A DNA stretch of 64,000 nt from an uncultured Planctomycetaceae bacterium. Lineage in GTDB: Bacteria > Planctomycetota > Planctomycetia > Planctomycetales > Planctomycetaceae. How positions within the stretch are numbered: position 1 is the first letter of the stretch; every line of letters begins with the position of its first letter. Below the pieces are notes generated by a model that did not search any database, was not told the DNA's origin, and saw only the letters and a program-made list of their open reading frames with translations. The translations under genes were made by a program, and so were the position numbers. The DNA lies in contig CAWFGE010000015.1 in assembly GCA_963815195.1 (NCBI GenBank), positions 96,001 to 160,000 of the forward strand, written 5' to 3'. Below are positions 21,501-31,694 of this stretch, in pieces.

Positions 21501-21601
21501 TTCCCGGCTTCGGCCATTTGGGCTGGGGGCTCTTGGGAATGATCGTCGTCGTGACCTTGGGGAACCTCATCCATTACGCCAGAAAGCCGGCCCTTCCCTA
21601 A
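18523..21601 (+). CDS. PlsC-type acyltransferase fused to a permuted papain-like (YiiX/YebB) domain; one frameshift near 21000
   Basis: NHANSLLD and IFPEGRS acyltransferase motifs, TM helices, then GDVLI..WPHAALYVG and, in the next frame, IEAMSEGV, PYDFEFD, LVCTEVV. Confidence 0.75.
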
Positions 21602-22019
21602 AACAGGCTTCACGCCAAGGCGCTCAGGCTGGGACTCGTTGCCTTTGGCTCCCAACTCGTCAACCGCAGCCGCCGGACGCAGATTTGGGATGCCCTCGCC
21701 CCGGTGACAGAGGATCTGGCGCTGACTTTCGCGGCGACGCCCGCGGATTTGGAATCGGCTCCGCCAAAATCGGTGCGCGGCGGACAGGCGAGCGGCCGGT
21801 GTAAGCCGGCTGATCTCGTCCGATCATGACGCGTATCTGAACTTGAAACCATCATGGGGCAGACGCCCGGGCAGACGCCCCACGCTCGCCCCTCGAAAAC
21901 AACCTGCAGCCCGCGAGTTGATTCTTCCAGGGCCTTATTGCAACGCGAACCGGCCCCGACCTATACTCGATCCTGCAAAACAGAACGGACGAACCAACAA
22001 CACCGGCGGCGAGGAAGCC

Positions 22020-23036
22020 ATGACGGGCGATTCAACTTTCGGGCGGTATTTTTTGGGCATCGACCTGGGCGGCACGAACGTCAAGGCGGGCGTGGTCGAT
22101 GACGGCGGGCATTCCCGCTCCAACGTCAGCCGGCCCACGGAAGCCGCCCGAGGCCCCGAGCACGGCATGCGAAACATCTACCGCGTGGCCGACGAAGCCG
22201 TCGCTTTGAGCGGCGTGAACTGGGACGAAATCGCCGCCATCGGGGTCGCCACGCCCGGCACGATGGACATTCCCGCGGGGATGCTCTTGCACCCGCACAA
22301 CCTGCCCGGCTGGGACGATTTGCCCATCAGGCAACTGGTGTCCGACCAGTTCGGCAAGCCCGCCGTTTTGCAAAACGACGCCAACGCCGCCGCCTATGGC
22401 GAGTATTGGGTCGGGGCCGCCCGCGACGTGCCCAGCCTCGTGTTTTGGACGCTCGGCACCGGCATCGGCAGCGGGATTATCGTCAACGACCTGATTATCG
22501 AAGGCGAGCATTCCTGCGGCTCGGAGTGCGGGCACATCATCATCGACATGGACGGCACCCGCACGTGCGCCACCGGGCAATTCGGCACGCTCGAAGCCTA
22601 TGCGAGCGCCAAATCGCTGATGGCCCGCTGCCGGGAAGCCTTGGACGCCGGCCGCGAATCGATCCTCCGCGATTTGCAAAAGCAAGGCACCGAACTCACG
22701 CCGCTGGTCATCGCCAACGCCGCCGAGCATGGCGACGAATTGGCCGAGGAACTCGTCATGGACACCGCCCGCTACATGGGCATCGGCACAGTGACGATCA
22801 TGCACGCCATCAATCCCACGATGTTCCTCATCGGCGGCGCGATGACGTTCGGCCGGCACGAAACGCCGCTCGGCCGGCGGTTTCTGGAACGCATCCGCCA
22901 GGAAGTCAAAGCCCGCGCGTTTCCCATACCCGCCGCCAAAACGCTGATCGACTTCGCCTCGCTCGGCTCCGACGCCGGCTACATCGGCGCCGCCGGCTGC
23001 GCCCGCCAGGCGATTGCAAGCCGCTCCACGACCTAA
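22020..23036 (+). CDS. ROK family sugar kinase (glucokinase-like)
   Basis: GIDLGGT, NDANAAAYGE, TLGTGIGSG, ECGH. Confidence 0.92.
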   Translation: MTGDSTFGRYFLGIDLGGTNVKAGVVDDGGHSRSNVSRPTEAARGPEHGMRNIYRVADEAVALSGVNWDEIAAIGVATPGTMDIPAGMLLHPHNLPGWDDLPIRQLVSDQFGKPAVLQNDANAAAYGEYWVGAARDVPSLVFWTLGTGIGSGIIVNDLIIEGEHSCGSECGHIIIDMDGTRTCATGQFGTLEAYASAKSLMARCREALDAGRESILRDLQKQGTELTPLVIANAAEHGDELAEELVMDTARYMGIGTVTIMHAINPTMFLIGGAMTFGRHETPLGRRFLERIRQEVKARAFPIPAAKTLIDFASLGSDAGYIGAAGCARQAIASRSTT

Positions 23037-23158
23037 CGATGGCCGCGGTTGCGCCACGTCTTTTGCCCGCGAAAAATGGATCCCGCTTCCCCTTGCGCCG
23101 TAGGCTTTGCGGGCTTCATCAATCTGACACGTTTAACTCATCAAACTCGAGTAGCCAG

Positions 23159-23281
23159 GTAGGCTCCACTGTGCGGACCATTTTTACTTCGTGGCGCAAA
23201 AAACATTGCAACAACGGGAACACGATTCTGCAAGGCTTTTATGCGACTACGAAGTAAAAATGGTCCGCTGAGCGGACCCTA
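23159..23281. repeat. GTAG-type REP doublet (REPIN)
   Basis: gtaggctccactgtgcggaccatttttacttcgt ... acgaagtaaaaatggtccgctgagcggacccta inverted arms. Confidence 0.7.
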
Positions 23282-23660
23282 GTGCGCCTGTAATCGCATC
23301 GAGTCGGCGGGGTGAAAGTCCCTGCCAAAGTTTGGTTTGAACTTTGTAATCTATGGTAACTGCGTCCTTGCGAAAGGGGGTGGAGAGCAACCGGAAGTGA
23401 ATGGCTGGTCCGTAGGATGACGAACTCGATTCGGCCTGTTGTCGTGGCGAGCCTGCTAGGGAAAGGCGAAGCCCAACTGACGTCGTGCGAAACCCTGCCG
23501 AGTGGGTGCAACCCCGTGAAAGCGTGGCTGCGACGGTAAGCCCGAGGTTTGAAAGCAAACCAAGAACTCGGGTCGGAAGATTCGACGGAAAGCAGGGAGA
23601 CCTGAGCGAGGCATGAGACGGCGTTCATGTGCCGGATTCCGATGTGTTCGGAACCGACCG
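23282..23660 (+). mobile_element. Group II intron 5' fragment (domain I region, IIC-like), no RT ORF
   Basis: Starts GTGCG; gggtgaaagtccc; gtaactgcgtc...gcaaccgg...ggtccgtaggatgacgaactcgattcggcc; no domain V/VI seen; right boundary approximate. Confidence 0.75.
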
Positions 23661-24397
23661 GTACCGTTTTCTTTCGGGGGCCGGCTTGTCCAATGATCGA
23701 AGAGGGAACGACACCCGTTGAGATCAAGGAAGGCCAGCGGAGTGTCGGCATGGTCTCTCTTCAGAGACTTCACCTGTGACTGTCGCTGCACTTTCGTTGA
23801 TGGTGCGACTCTCTGAGCTCCATCGGTTTCGATAAAGCGGTCGTAAGCATCAAGGGCTTCATGGAATGTCCCGGCCGCAGGGTTTTCCGGGGCTTGAGCC
23901 TTCATCATCCGCGCCTGCCAACGCGCTTGAACGTCGAACATGACCCGCCCAAGTTCGAGGGCGGCATGCCCCGACTTGTCATCGGGCAGAACTCAATTCA
24001 CGCTTGGGTAATGCCGGGAGGAGATCGTGTGGCTCCAGACCATTGCGAACGGTTCGTGGTCGGGCCATTCGGAGTCGTATGGCCCGATGTCGTAGGCTTC
24101 GCCAGCGGCCTCATTGACGTCGTGGGGCGATGGAATGGGAACGTGGGTGAATCCTTGCTGGATGAGCTTGGCGGCGTGGAGGGCCGCATCGGTCCAGCTT
24201 GCCGGTTGGTCGCCGTAGTGCTGCCGGATGGCGACGCTCTCCCGGTAAACCTGTTGGATGCGATCGCGCCTCCGTTCAGCTTCGGCGTGGTCAGAGCCGA
24301 GATTGAAGCGTTGCTGTTTTCCGTCTTTGCGAACGCCGAATTATGGGCGATAATCGCCTCTCGGATCGGGTTTCAGGGTCGTTCGTCGAGTTGCCAC
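23660..24397 (-). pseudogene. N-terminal remnant of a probable tyrosine integrase
   Basis: MATRRTTLKPDPRGDYRP*FGVRKDGKQQRFNLGSDHAEAERR..., internal stop and frameshift, then GTFHEALDAY..STKVQRQSQVK..TPLAFLD; no catalytic domain; adjacent to tRNA att. Confidence 0.55.
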
Positions 24398-24552
24398 CTT
24401 GCACTTCTCCGGTCAGATTGCGAAGGGGATTCTACCGTGATTATCTGACCAAGAGGCAGGGCAATCTGACCCATGCCTGACCGGGTAGCTGGCCAGTCGG
24501 CTTCCTAGAACAGCTGGAAGCAGGGGCGTTTTCGGTGCAAGTGTAAAAAGAA

Positions 24553-24582
24553 ACCCGACTTGAGGTGATCCTCAAATCGGGT
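24553..24582 (-). terminator. Hairpin downstream of the tRNA fragment
   Basis: acccgacttgagg-tgat-cctcaaatcgggt followed by a T-rich run on the minus strand. Confidence 0.55.
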
Positions 24583-24597
24583 AAGTGGAGTCAAGAA

Positions 24598-24620
24598 GTG
24601 GAGGATAGGGGACTCGAACC
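24598..24620 (-). other. tRNA-Ala 3' end remnant (att site of an integrative element)
   Basis: Minus strand GGTTCGAGTCCCCTATCCTCCAC = T-loop, 3' T-stem and Ala-type acceptor end; 5' part of the tRNA absent. Confidence 0.75.
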
Positions 24621-24858
24621 ATCCGGGGAAAACAAGGCAAAAACGCCAATTTCCAAAAAAATGCTGCAAAATCCGATGCAGTTGCGGAGCGTGACGATAA
24701 TCCTCCTATTTCTCGCGCGCCTCTTAAAATCTCCACCTCTGATGCCGCCGAGCAATTCACCACCGTTACCAACGCCTGGCCACATCTCACGGCGGAGATT
24801 CGCTCAGCCATTCTCGCCATCGTCCAATCCGCCGCCCAAGTGGAAAAGGAGCGGACCA

Positions 24859-25870
24859 ATGGCTGAGACTTCCAATTCATCCCGTCGTCCGCTCTCCACC
24901 TGGGAATTCCCGAAACTCGCGACCTCCGTACACAAATATCGAAAGTCGATACCCCGATCGGCAAAAATCCGCGGGCACTACGCAGCCATCCTGGCGTTCG
25001 TTTATCGCAACCGATTCGCAACGGCGAACCAGGTGCAGCGGCGATTCTGCAAGTTCCTTAAATCGGATCGCACCACCCGCCGGCATTTGGCGGAGATGGA
25101 ATTGTTGGGTTTCTTGGATGTCCAGCCCGTGAATTCGATCAGTCCCCTCCTCCCGAAAATCTTCTTCGTCACCGCCAAGGGGCGGCGACATCTGAAGACC
25201 GCATTTGCCAAACAGGGCAAGGCTTGGGAGGAAGCCGCCTTCGATCGGCGGCGAACTGCGGGTCAATCTTTCGTGCACGTTTGGCACGAAATTGCCGCCA
25301 CGGAATTCCTGCTTTCTGTCTGGGAGGCAACTCAATCCCAACCCGTTTGGGAATTAGTGCGCTTTGGAGCGGCGATCGCTAAGAACGCACCCAGCCTTTG
25401 AGATCAACCGGTCTGGGCATCACCGCCTCGTACCGGACGGTCTCATTCTGATCCGTCATCCGAAGGGCATGATTCTCAGCTTCCTGGAAATCGATACGGG
25501 CACGGAAAGTCCTCGTCAATTGGCAAGAAAACTAGAAAGCTATCTGATTTGGGCCGAATCTCCCATTGGCCGAGATTACATCTGCGAAATGTACCGCCAC
25601 GCAGGTGCCGCAAACCCTCAACCAAACTTTCGGCTGCTGTTCGTGATTGCTCCCAAAGTCACCGGGAGCGAAGAAAATCGGCTGGAAACCTTTCATCAAT
25701 TGATAGAAACCGAATCGGCTGCGCTACAACAACGCCTCTGGTACACGCCAGTCGATCATTTGCGAATCACCAACCCGATCAACTTGCTGACGGCACCGAT
25801 TTGGTTTCGTGGTCGAGATGTTCGGGGATTATGCAGCCAGAGTCCCAAACACCCGTTTTTCACGCCGTAG
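24859..25870 (+). CDS. Replication-relaxation (Replic_Relax) family protein; frameshift near 25363
   Basis: wHTH N-terminus (RFATANQV..RRHLAEM), HVWHEI, LVPDG...FLEIDTGTE...KLESY. Confidence 0.75.
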
Positions 25871-25960
25871 CTTGAGGTCGGTTCGAGCGAGCCGAAGACT
25901 TTTGCAGTTTGCACTTCACTTCAACCAACGTCCCCAAACCAAAGTGAAAGGATCCAAGCC

Positions 25961-26188
25961 ATGATGTCTTTACCGGAAATCATCAGTCTCAACGAGAAAG
26001 CGGCTGCATCCGCAAAAATGACCCACCAGCAACGTCCCCGAGAAGCCGTTGTCCAAAGCCAAGACCAAGCCGGTTTTGAAATCATTTGTCCCAACGGCTG
26101 TCGGGTGACGCTTCCGGCGGAGTTTGATCCAACCGTGTTGCAGGGGCTTCTCCGCTTGCTTAGCGAATTGAATTTGACAAGCCCTTAA
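25961..26188 (+). CDS. Small protein resembling the C-terminus of IS66 TnpA (remnant)
   Basis: FEIICPNGCRVTLPAEFDPTVLQGLL; no tnpB/tnpC nearby. Confidence 0.45.
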   Translation: MMSLPEIISLNEKAAASAKMTHQQRPREAVVQSQDQAGFEIICPNGCRVTLPAEFDPTVLQGLLRLLSELNLTSP

Positions 26189-26340
26189 CATGACGAGAAA
26201 GGATCTCGATTGTGAGTTGTCCACGAATTATTTGACGATCAGCCGCTTTCTCTGAAAAAGTGGCTCTGGTGACGAAGCAAACGAATCCGGCCATCTTGGT
26301 CCCGCGCATTGCTTTTTTCTTCTTGAACGCCAACGCCAAC

Positions 26341-29300
26341 TTATTGGGGCTTATCCAGCGCGGCGCGGACTTTTGTGGCGAACTCGGCGGGCGTGAAGGG
26401 TTTTTGCAGATAATTGACTTCGCTGTTGAGCACCCCGTGGCGCAGCACCGTGTCGTCGGTGTAACCGCTGAGGAACAGCACCCGCATGCCGGGGTCGCGG
26501 TTTAACATCCATTCGGCAATTTGGGGGCCGCTCTCCCGCGGCATGACGACGTCCGTGACGAGCAATTGGATCGGCGGACGCGATGTGTCGGCGTGGGATT
26601 CCACGAGCCGCCTCGCCTCCGTTCCATCCGCCGCATCGAGAATGGTGTAGCCCAAGCGTTCCAAGAGATGTTTTTCAAGGCTTCGCACGCCGTCTTCGTC
26701 TTCCACCAAGAGGATGGTCTCCGTGCCCTTGGGCAGATCGTGCGGATCGGCTGGCTCGTCGACGCGCGGCTCTGGGGTATGCAGGCGAGGCAGGAGGATT
26801 TTGAAGGTCGATCCGGCGCCCGGCTCGCTGACCACCTCCAAATGCCCGTCGGATTGCATGACGATGCCGTGCACGACCGACAAGCCCAGTCCCGTTCCGC
26901 CGCCGTCTTTTTTTGTGGTGTAGAAGGGCTCGAAAATCTGCGCTTGCACGTCGGGACTCATGCCGCAGCCCGTGTCCTTCACGCTGAGCATCACATAAGA
27001 ACCAGGTTCACGATCCGGTCGAGTGCGGGCATCCTCTTGGCTCCACTCCACGTTTTGGGTCTCGATGGTCAACTTTCCGCCCGTGGGCATGGCGTCACGG
27101 GCATTGACGGCCAGATTGAGCAGGATTTGCTCGAGTTGCCCGGCGTCCGCCTTCACCGGCCGCAAATCGGGCGCCAGGCTCGCGGCGAATTCAATGTGTT
27201 CGCCGATCAACCGCTTGAGCATCTTTTCCATTTGGGAAACGACGGCGTTCACGTCGAGGACTTCCATCGCGAGCATCTGCCGGCGGCTGAAAGCCAGGAG
27301 TTGCCGGGTGAGATTGGCCGAGCGTTCGCCGGCTTTGCGAATCTCGTCGAGAGGTTCCCAAAACGCATGTTCGGGAGAGGTTTCCTCCAGGAGCACGCTC
27401 GTGTACCCGTTGATGATCGTCAACAGGTTGTTGAAGTCATGTGCAATTCCCCCGGCCAATTGGCCGATGGCTTCCATTTTTTGAGACAACCGGAATTGTT
27501 CTTCCAACTGCCGGCGCTCGGACACGTCATTTTGCACGCCGACGAAATGGGCAAGTTTTCCGTTCTCATCCCGAACCGGGGAAATAGAAAGCCGATTCCA
27601 GAACGGAGTGCCGTCTTTTCGATAATTCAACAATTCGACCGACACAGGCTGACCCACGGCGACGGCTTCGCGGACTCGTTTCCGGGTGTCGGGATCGGTG
27701 TCCGGTCCTTGGAGAAATCGGCAGTTTCGTCCCAGGATTTCCGAGGCGGAATAGCCTGTCAGCCGCTCAAATCCCGGACTGACGTAGATGATGGGGTTAT
27801 CGGGCTGGAGTGGGTCGGTGATGATGATCCCTTCCGTCGCCGCCTGGACGGCCCGGTCCCGCAGCCGCAGCGTCTCTTCGGCCTCTTTCCGTTCGGTGAT
27901 GTCGCGGGAAATTCCGATCAACCCGGCAACGCGGCCCTCGGAATCCCGGAACGGGGCCTTGGTTGCCAAATAAATGCGGCGGACGCCTGCGGCGGTCAAC
28001 GGCTCTTCCTCCGTCTCGGCCTGCCCTGATTCCATGATTCGGCGATCGCGATCCATTACAAACCGGGCGTCTTCCGGTCCGAACAATGCGGTGTCGTCCC
28101 GGCCGATCACCTCTTCGACCGGCCGGCCGACAAACCTTGCCGCCGCCTCGTTGAATAGCAAGTATCGACCCTGCCGGTCTTTCACGAACACGGCATCGGT
28201 CGTGTTCTTCGCCACGGTATTCAAGAGTTCGCCGGTCCGCTTCAGTTTTTCTTCAGAGAGTTTCAGATCGTCGATGTCGGTCCAGGTTCCAATCCACCGC
28301 CGAGTCGACCCATCTTCGCCTCGTAAAGGCAGGGCTTTCGCGAGATACCACCGGTAGCTCTCATCCGCCGTGCGGACGCGATATTCATTCCAGTATTCGC
28401 CGCCGTCCGAGACGATGGCCGCCTGCCAGGCTTCGCGTGCAGTCTCCCGGTCCTCGGGATGCACGAGGTCGAGCCAATTCCAACCGAAGATCGATTTGGC
28501 GGGAATTCCCAAGCGTTCCTCGGCCCGGCTGTTGAGGTAATCCACTTCCCCAGCGGCGTCCGTCATCCAAACCATGTTCGGAATCGATTCGACGAGCATG
28601 CGATAGCGGTGCTCGCTGGCCCTTAGAGTCTCTTCGGCCTGTTTCCGCTCACTAATGTCGTGAGCGATGCCCATGACGCCCAGCACCTGACCTTCACGAT
28701 CGACGATGCGGGACACTCGCGCATCGACCCAAACCCGCGAACCGTCTTTCCGCCAGTCCTGGTATTCTCCGTTCCACTCCCTGCTTTCGGCGATCTTTTG
28801 AATAGTCTCGGCGATCCAGGCGCGTTCGGACTCGGGAAACCGCTCGATCAAAGGCCGGCCCAGCATTTCCTCCACCGTCCATCCGAACACACGCGTGGCC
28901 CCATCATTCCAATACGTGACAATGCCATTGGGATCGGTCACGATCACCGAATCGCGGACGTTGGACAAGAGCAGCGAATCGCGGGCCCGCGTTTGTTCCG
29001 CGCGTTTCTGCTGCGTGAGATCGCGATGGATTCGCGACAAGCCGATGATCTGCCCATCCGCCGAGCAAATGGGAGAGATTTTAACCAGGACGGAGAACCT
29101 GCTGCCGTCCTTGCGAATCCGGACCGATTCGAACTGCTCCGCGCGGCCCGTTCGCAAAATGTGGTCGACTTTCTGCGTATGCTCAGCTTGGTCCTCCGTG
29201 GACATCAGAAGCGAAACGGGATGCCCAACGATTTCGGAGTTGGACCAACCGTAAAGGGCCTGGGCGGCGGGGTTCCAATCCTCGATGATTCCCGCTGGCG

Positions 29301-29742
29301 ACGTTTCAATGAGCGCATCCTCCGTGGATTGGACGATTGGAGCCAATCTCCTGGAAAGACGCCCGCTTTCCGCCTGGCGCAGTTCGCGGCCGACGGCCAG
29401 CGGCAACCGGGCCAGGTTTTGCTTGAGCACAAAATCGCTGGCCCCGCCTCGCATCAGGTCCACCGCGGTTTCCTCCCCGATGGCTCCCGAAACGATAATG
29501 ATCGGCAGATCGGCATCCCAGGCCCGGACAATTTCCAGCACCGCTTCCCCGCTGAAGCCTGGCATCTGGTAATCGGAGATGACAATGTCCCAGGTTTGGA
29601 TTTTCAAGGCCGACTGAAGTGCCGCTCCGCTCTGCACGCGCTTCCAATCCGGGGCAAAGCCTTCCCGGCGAAGGCGATGGATCAGCAGTTCCGCATCGTC
29701 GGCATCGTCCTCAACGAGCAAGAGCCGGATGGGTTGGAACAT
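26341..29742 (-). CDS. Hybrid sensor histidine kinase (REC-5xPAS-HisKA-HATPase-REC), last PAS is LOV-type
   Basis: GGIAHDFNNLL H-box, NARDAM, GTGLGL, GRNCRFLQG LOV motif. Confidence 0.92.
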   Translation of the reverse strand: MFQPIRLLLVEDDADDAELLIHRLRREGFAPDWKRVQSGAALQSALKIQTWDIVISDYQMPGFSGEAVLEIVRAWDADLPIIIVSGAIGEETAVDLMRGGASDFVLKQNLARLPLAVGRELRQAESGRLSRRLAPIVQSTEDALIETSPAGIIEDWNPAAQALYGWSNSEIVGHPVSLLMSTEDQAEHTQKVDHILRTGRAEQFESVRIRKDGSRFSVLVKISPICSADGQIIGLSRIHRDLTQQKRAEQTRARDSLLLSNVRDSVIVTDPNGIVTYWNDGATRVFGWTVEEMLGRPLIERFPESERAWIAETIQKIAESREWNGEYQDWRKDGSRVWVDARVSRIVDREGQVLGVMGIAHDISERKQAEETLRASEHRYRMLVESIPNMVWMTDAAGEVDYLNSRAEERLGIPAKSIFGWNWLDLVHPEDRETAREAWQAAIVSDGGEYWNEYRVRTADESYRWYLAKALPLRGEDGSTRRWIGTWTDIDDLKLSEEKLKRTGELLNTVAKNTTDAVFVKDRQGRYLLFNEAAARFVGRPVEEVIGRDDTALFGPEDARFVMDRDRRIMESGQAETEEEPLTAAGVRRIYLATKAPFRDSEGRVAGLIGISRDITERKEAEETLRLRDRAVQAATEGIIITDPLQPDNPIIYVSPGFERLTGYSASEILGRNCRFLQGPDTDPDTRKRVREAVAVGQPVSVELLNYRKDGTPFWNRLSISPVRDENGKLAHFVGVQNDVSERRQLEEQFRLSQKMEAIGQLAGGIAHDFNNLLTIINGYTSVLLEETSPEHAFWEPLDEIRKAGERSANLTRQLLAFSRRQMLAMEVLDVNAVVSQMEKMLKRLIGEHIEFAASLAPDLRPVKADAGQLEQILLNLAVNARDAMPTGGKLTIETQNVEWSQEDARTRPDREPGSYVMLSVKDTGCGMSPDVQAQIFEPFYTTKKDGGGTGLGLSVVHGIVMQSDGHLEVVSEPGAGSTFKILLPRLHTPEPRVDEPADPHDLPKGTETILLVEDEDGVRSLEKHLLERLGYTILDAADGTEARRLVESHADTSRPPIQLLVTDVVMPRESGPQIAEWMLNRDPGMRVLFLSGYTDDTVLRHGVLNSEVNYLQKPFTPAEFATKVRAALDKPQ

Positions 29743-29753
29743 AAAACTTCGCC

Positions 29754-30194
29754 CTATACCGGCGGGGGTTCGTTGAGGACCAGCCAATACATCTGAAGCT
29801 GGTTCACCGCTTCCACAAATTGTTGGAAGTCCACGGGCTTGCGGATATACGAGTTGGCTCCCAAATCGTAACTCCGCATAAGATCTTCGTCCTCGCGGGA
29901 AGAGGTCAGGATCACAACGGGCAGCCGCCGGGTACGGCTCTCCGAACGCAGCTTTTGCAACACTTCCAGCCCATCGACTTTTGGCAACTTCAAATCGAGA
30001 AGCACCATCTGGGGCAAGGACACGGGATCGCGGTCGGCATATGCCCCGGTCGCAAACAAATAATCCAAGGCCTCGGCCCCGTCCTGGACGACGACGACCT
30101 CGTTCGCGACCTGGCCTTTCTTTAGCGCCAACAGGGCGAGTTCCTCATCGTCGGGATTGTCCTCCACCAATAAGATGACTTGCGGCTTCGCCAT
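29754..30194 (-). CDS. Single-domain response regulator (Rcp1-like)
   Basis: LLVEDNPDD, LLDLKLPKVDG, ANSYIRKPVDF. Confidence 0.92.
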   Translation of the reverse strand: MAKPQVILLVEDNPDDEELALLALKKGQVANEVVVVQDGAEALDYLFATGAYADRDPVSLPQMVLLDLKLPKVDGLEVLQKLRSESRTRRLPVVILTSSREDEDLMRSYDLGANSYIRKPVDFQQFVEAVNQLQMYWLVLNEPPPV

Positions 30195-31332
30195 GTTTCC
30201 TTAATCCGGGAAGGGTGAAATAAAATGTCGCTCCCTGGTTGACAGTCCCTTCAGCCCAAATCTCACCGCCGTGCCGGTGAATGATGCGGTGGACCGTGGC
30301 CAGTCCGATTCCCGTGCCGGCGAATTCCTGCTCCGAGTGCAACCGTTGAAACGCCCCAAACAACTTATGGCGGTATTTCGGGTCGAAACCCACGCCGTTG
30401 TCCCGGACAAAGAATAACGAACGGCCGTTTTGCCTTTCAAGTCCCAGGACGACCGCGGCTGCGGAGCGGCGGCTCGTGAACTTCCAGGCGTTTCCCAGCA
30501 GGTTTTCCAAAGCGACTTGCAGGAGGTCCGGATCCCCCTGGGCTTTGAGTCCCGGTTCGACATCAAAGGCAATCTTCCGGTCGGGCGTTTCGCGTTGCAG
30601 GTCTTCGGCAATGGCATGTGCGAGCGCCGAAAGATCGACCGATTCGCGGGACATCTCCGTCCGGCTGAGACGCGAGAGCTTGAGCAAATCGTCGATGAGC
30701 CGGCCCATGCGTTGGACCCCCGCGCGAATCCGCCGCAGGTAATGCAGGCCCTGTTCATCCAGCCGGTCTGCATAACTTTCCATGAGTTCCTGACTGAACC
30801 CGTCCACGGCCCGCAGCGGGGCACGAAGATCGTGCGAGACGGAATAGCAGAACGCCTCCAATTCCCGGTTCGCCGCCTGCAACCGCTCGTTGGCCGCCTT
30901 CAGTTCAAGGGTTCGCCCGGCGACTTGGCTTTCCAATTCCGCGTGCGATCGTTGGAGCCATTTGTGGTGCTGCCGGTGCTCGGTGTCGTCTTCGATGGCC
31001 AATAAAACCGCAGGCGTCCGATCAGGCGTGTCTGACAAGTAGCGTGCATTGAGCAACATGATTCGCCGGCCCAAGTGCGGGGACTCGTACGCGACTTCCA
31101 AGTCCTCAAAAGATTGACTTTCCTCGATGAGTTTGTCCATCGAGCCGCGGAGTCGGGGGAGATTCCACTTGCCCTCATCCAACTCAAACAGATTCCGGCC
31201 AATAGCGCATTCCGGAGCGATCCGGAAGACGCGGTAATACGGAGAGTTCGCGGAAACCACTTCCAGTTCCGGCGTTAAGACCAAAAGTGGATGACGGACC
31301 GTCTCCACGATGCTTCTGGCAAAATTGAGCAC
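30145..31332 (-). CDS. PAS sensor histidine kinase
   Basis: SVSHDLRAPLR, NAWKFT, DNGVGF, GTGIGLA; 3' end overlaps the regulator gene. Confidence 0.9.
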   Translation of the reverse strand: MLNFARSIVETVRHPLLVLTPELEVVSANSPYYRVFRIAPECAIGRNLFELDEGKWNLPRLRGSMDKLIEESQSFEDLEVAYESPHLGRRIMLLNARYLSDTPDRTPAVLLAIEDDTEHRQHHKWLQRSHAELESQVAGRTLELKAANERLQAANRELEAFCYSVSHDLRAPLRAVDGFSQELMESYADRLDEQGLHYLRRIRAGVQRMGRLIDDLLKLSRLSRTEMSRESVDLSALAHAIAEDLQRETPDRKIAFDVEPGLKAQGDPDLLQVALENLLGNAWKFTSRRSAAAVVLGLERQNGRSLFFVRDNGVGFDPKYRHKLFGAFQRLHSEQEFAGTGIGLATVHRIIHRHGGEIWAEGTVNQGATFYFTLPGLRKHGEAASHLIGGGQSRR

Positions 31333-31694
31333 TCCCTTGCCTCCTTACTGGCGCGAATGCCGTTTCGATGCAGCGTGCAAATCCGCAACGAATTCCGTGA
31401 TGATCGGGAAATACCGTTAAGTTTGTCCACTTCCTGCCACCATTCGGGAGAATTAGCCGAGTCGGGTGTTAGCAAAAATGCTCTCGACCAAAAAACGCGT
31501 TCTCACGAATCCTTTGTGTCCCGGAGGTTGGGCAGGTTCGCCACTCACGAGAGTTATTATCAGAAATATCCAACAACCCTCGCGAATTCTTTTAATGACA
31601 TCCCAGAAAAACACATAATCTCCAGTAAAAGTCCCGATATACAGTAATGCAGGTTTTTTGTAAAGAGACCCCCCGTTGCCGAATCGGGCGCATT

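Noticed and set aside
23282..23941. Active group II intron, retron or DGR
   Set aside because: No reverse transcriptase (YADD) ORF or domain V seen in the window
24598..24620. Complete tRNA gene
   Set aside because: Only the 3' 23 nt are present; no D or anticodon arm
24565..24858. N-terminal extension of the Replic_Relax ORF
   Set aside because: It crosses the att site; ATG 24859 has an AAGGAG RBS and is the better start
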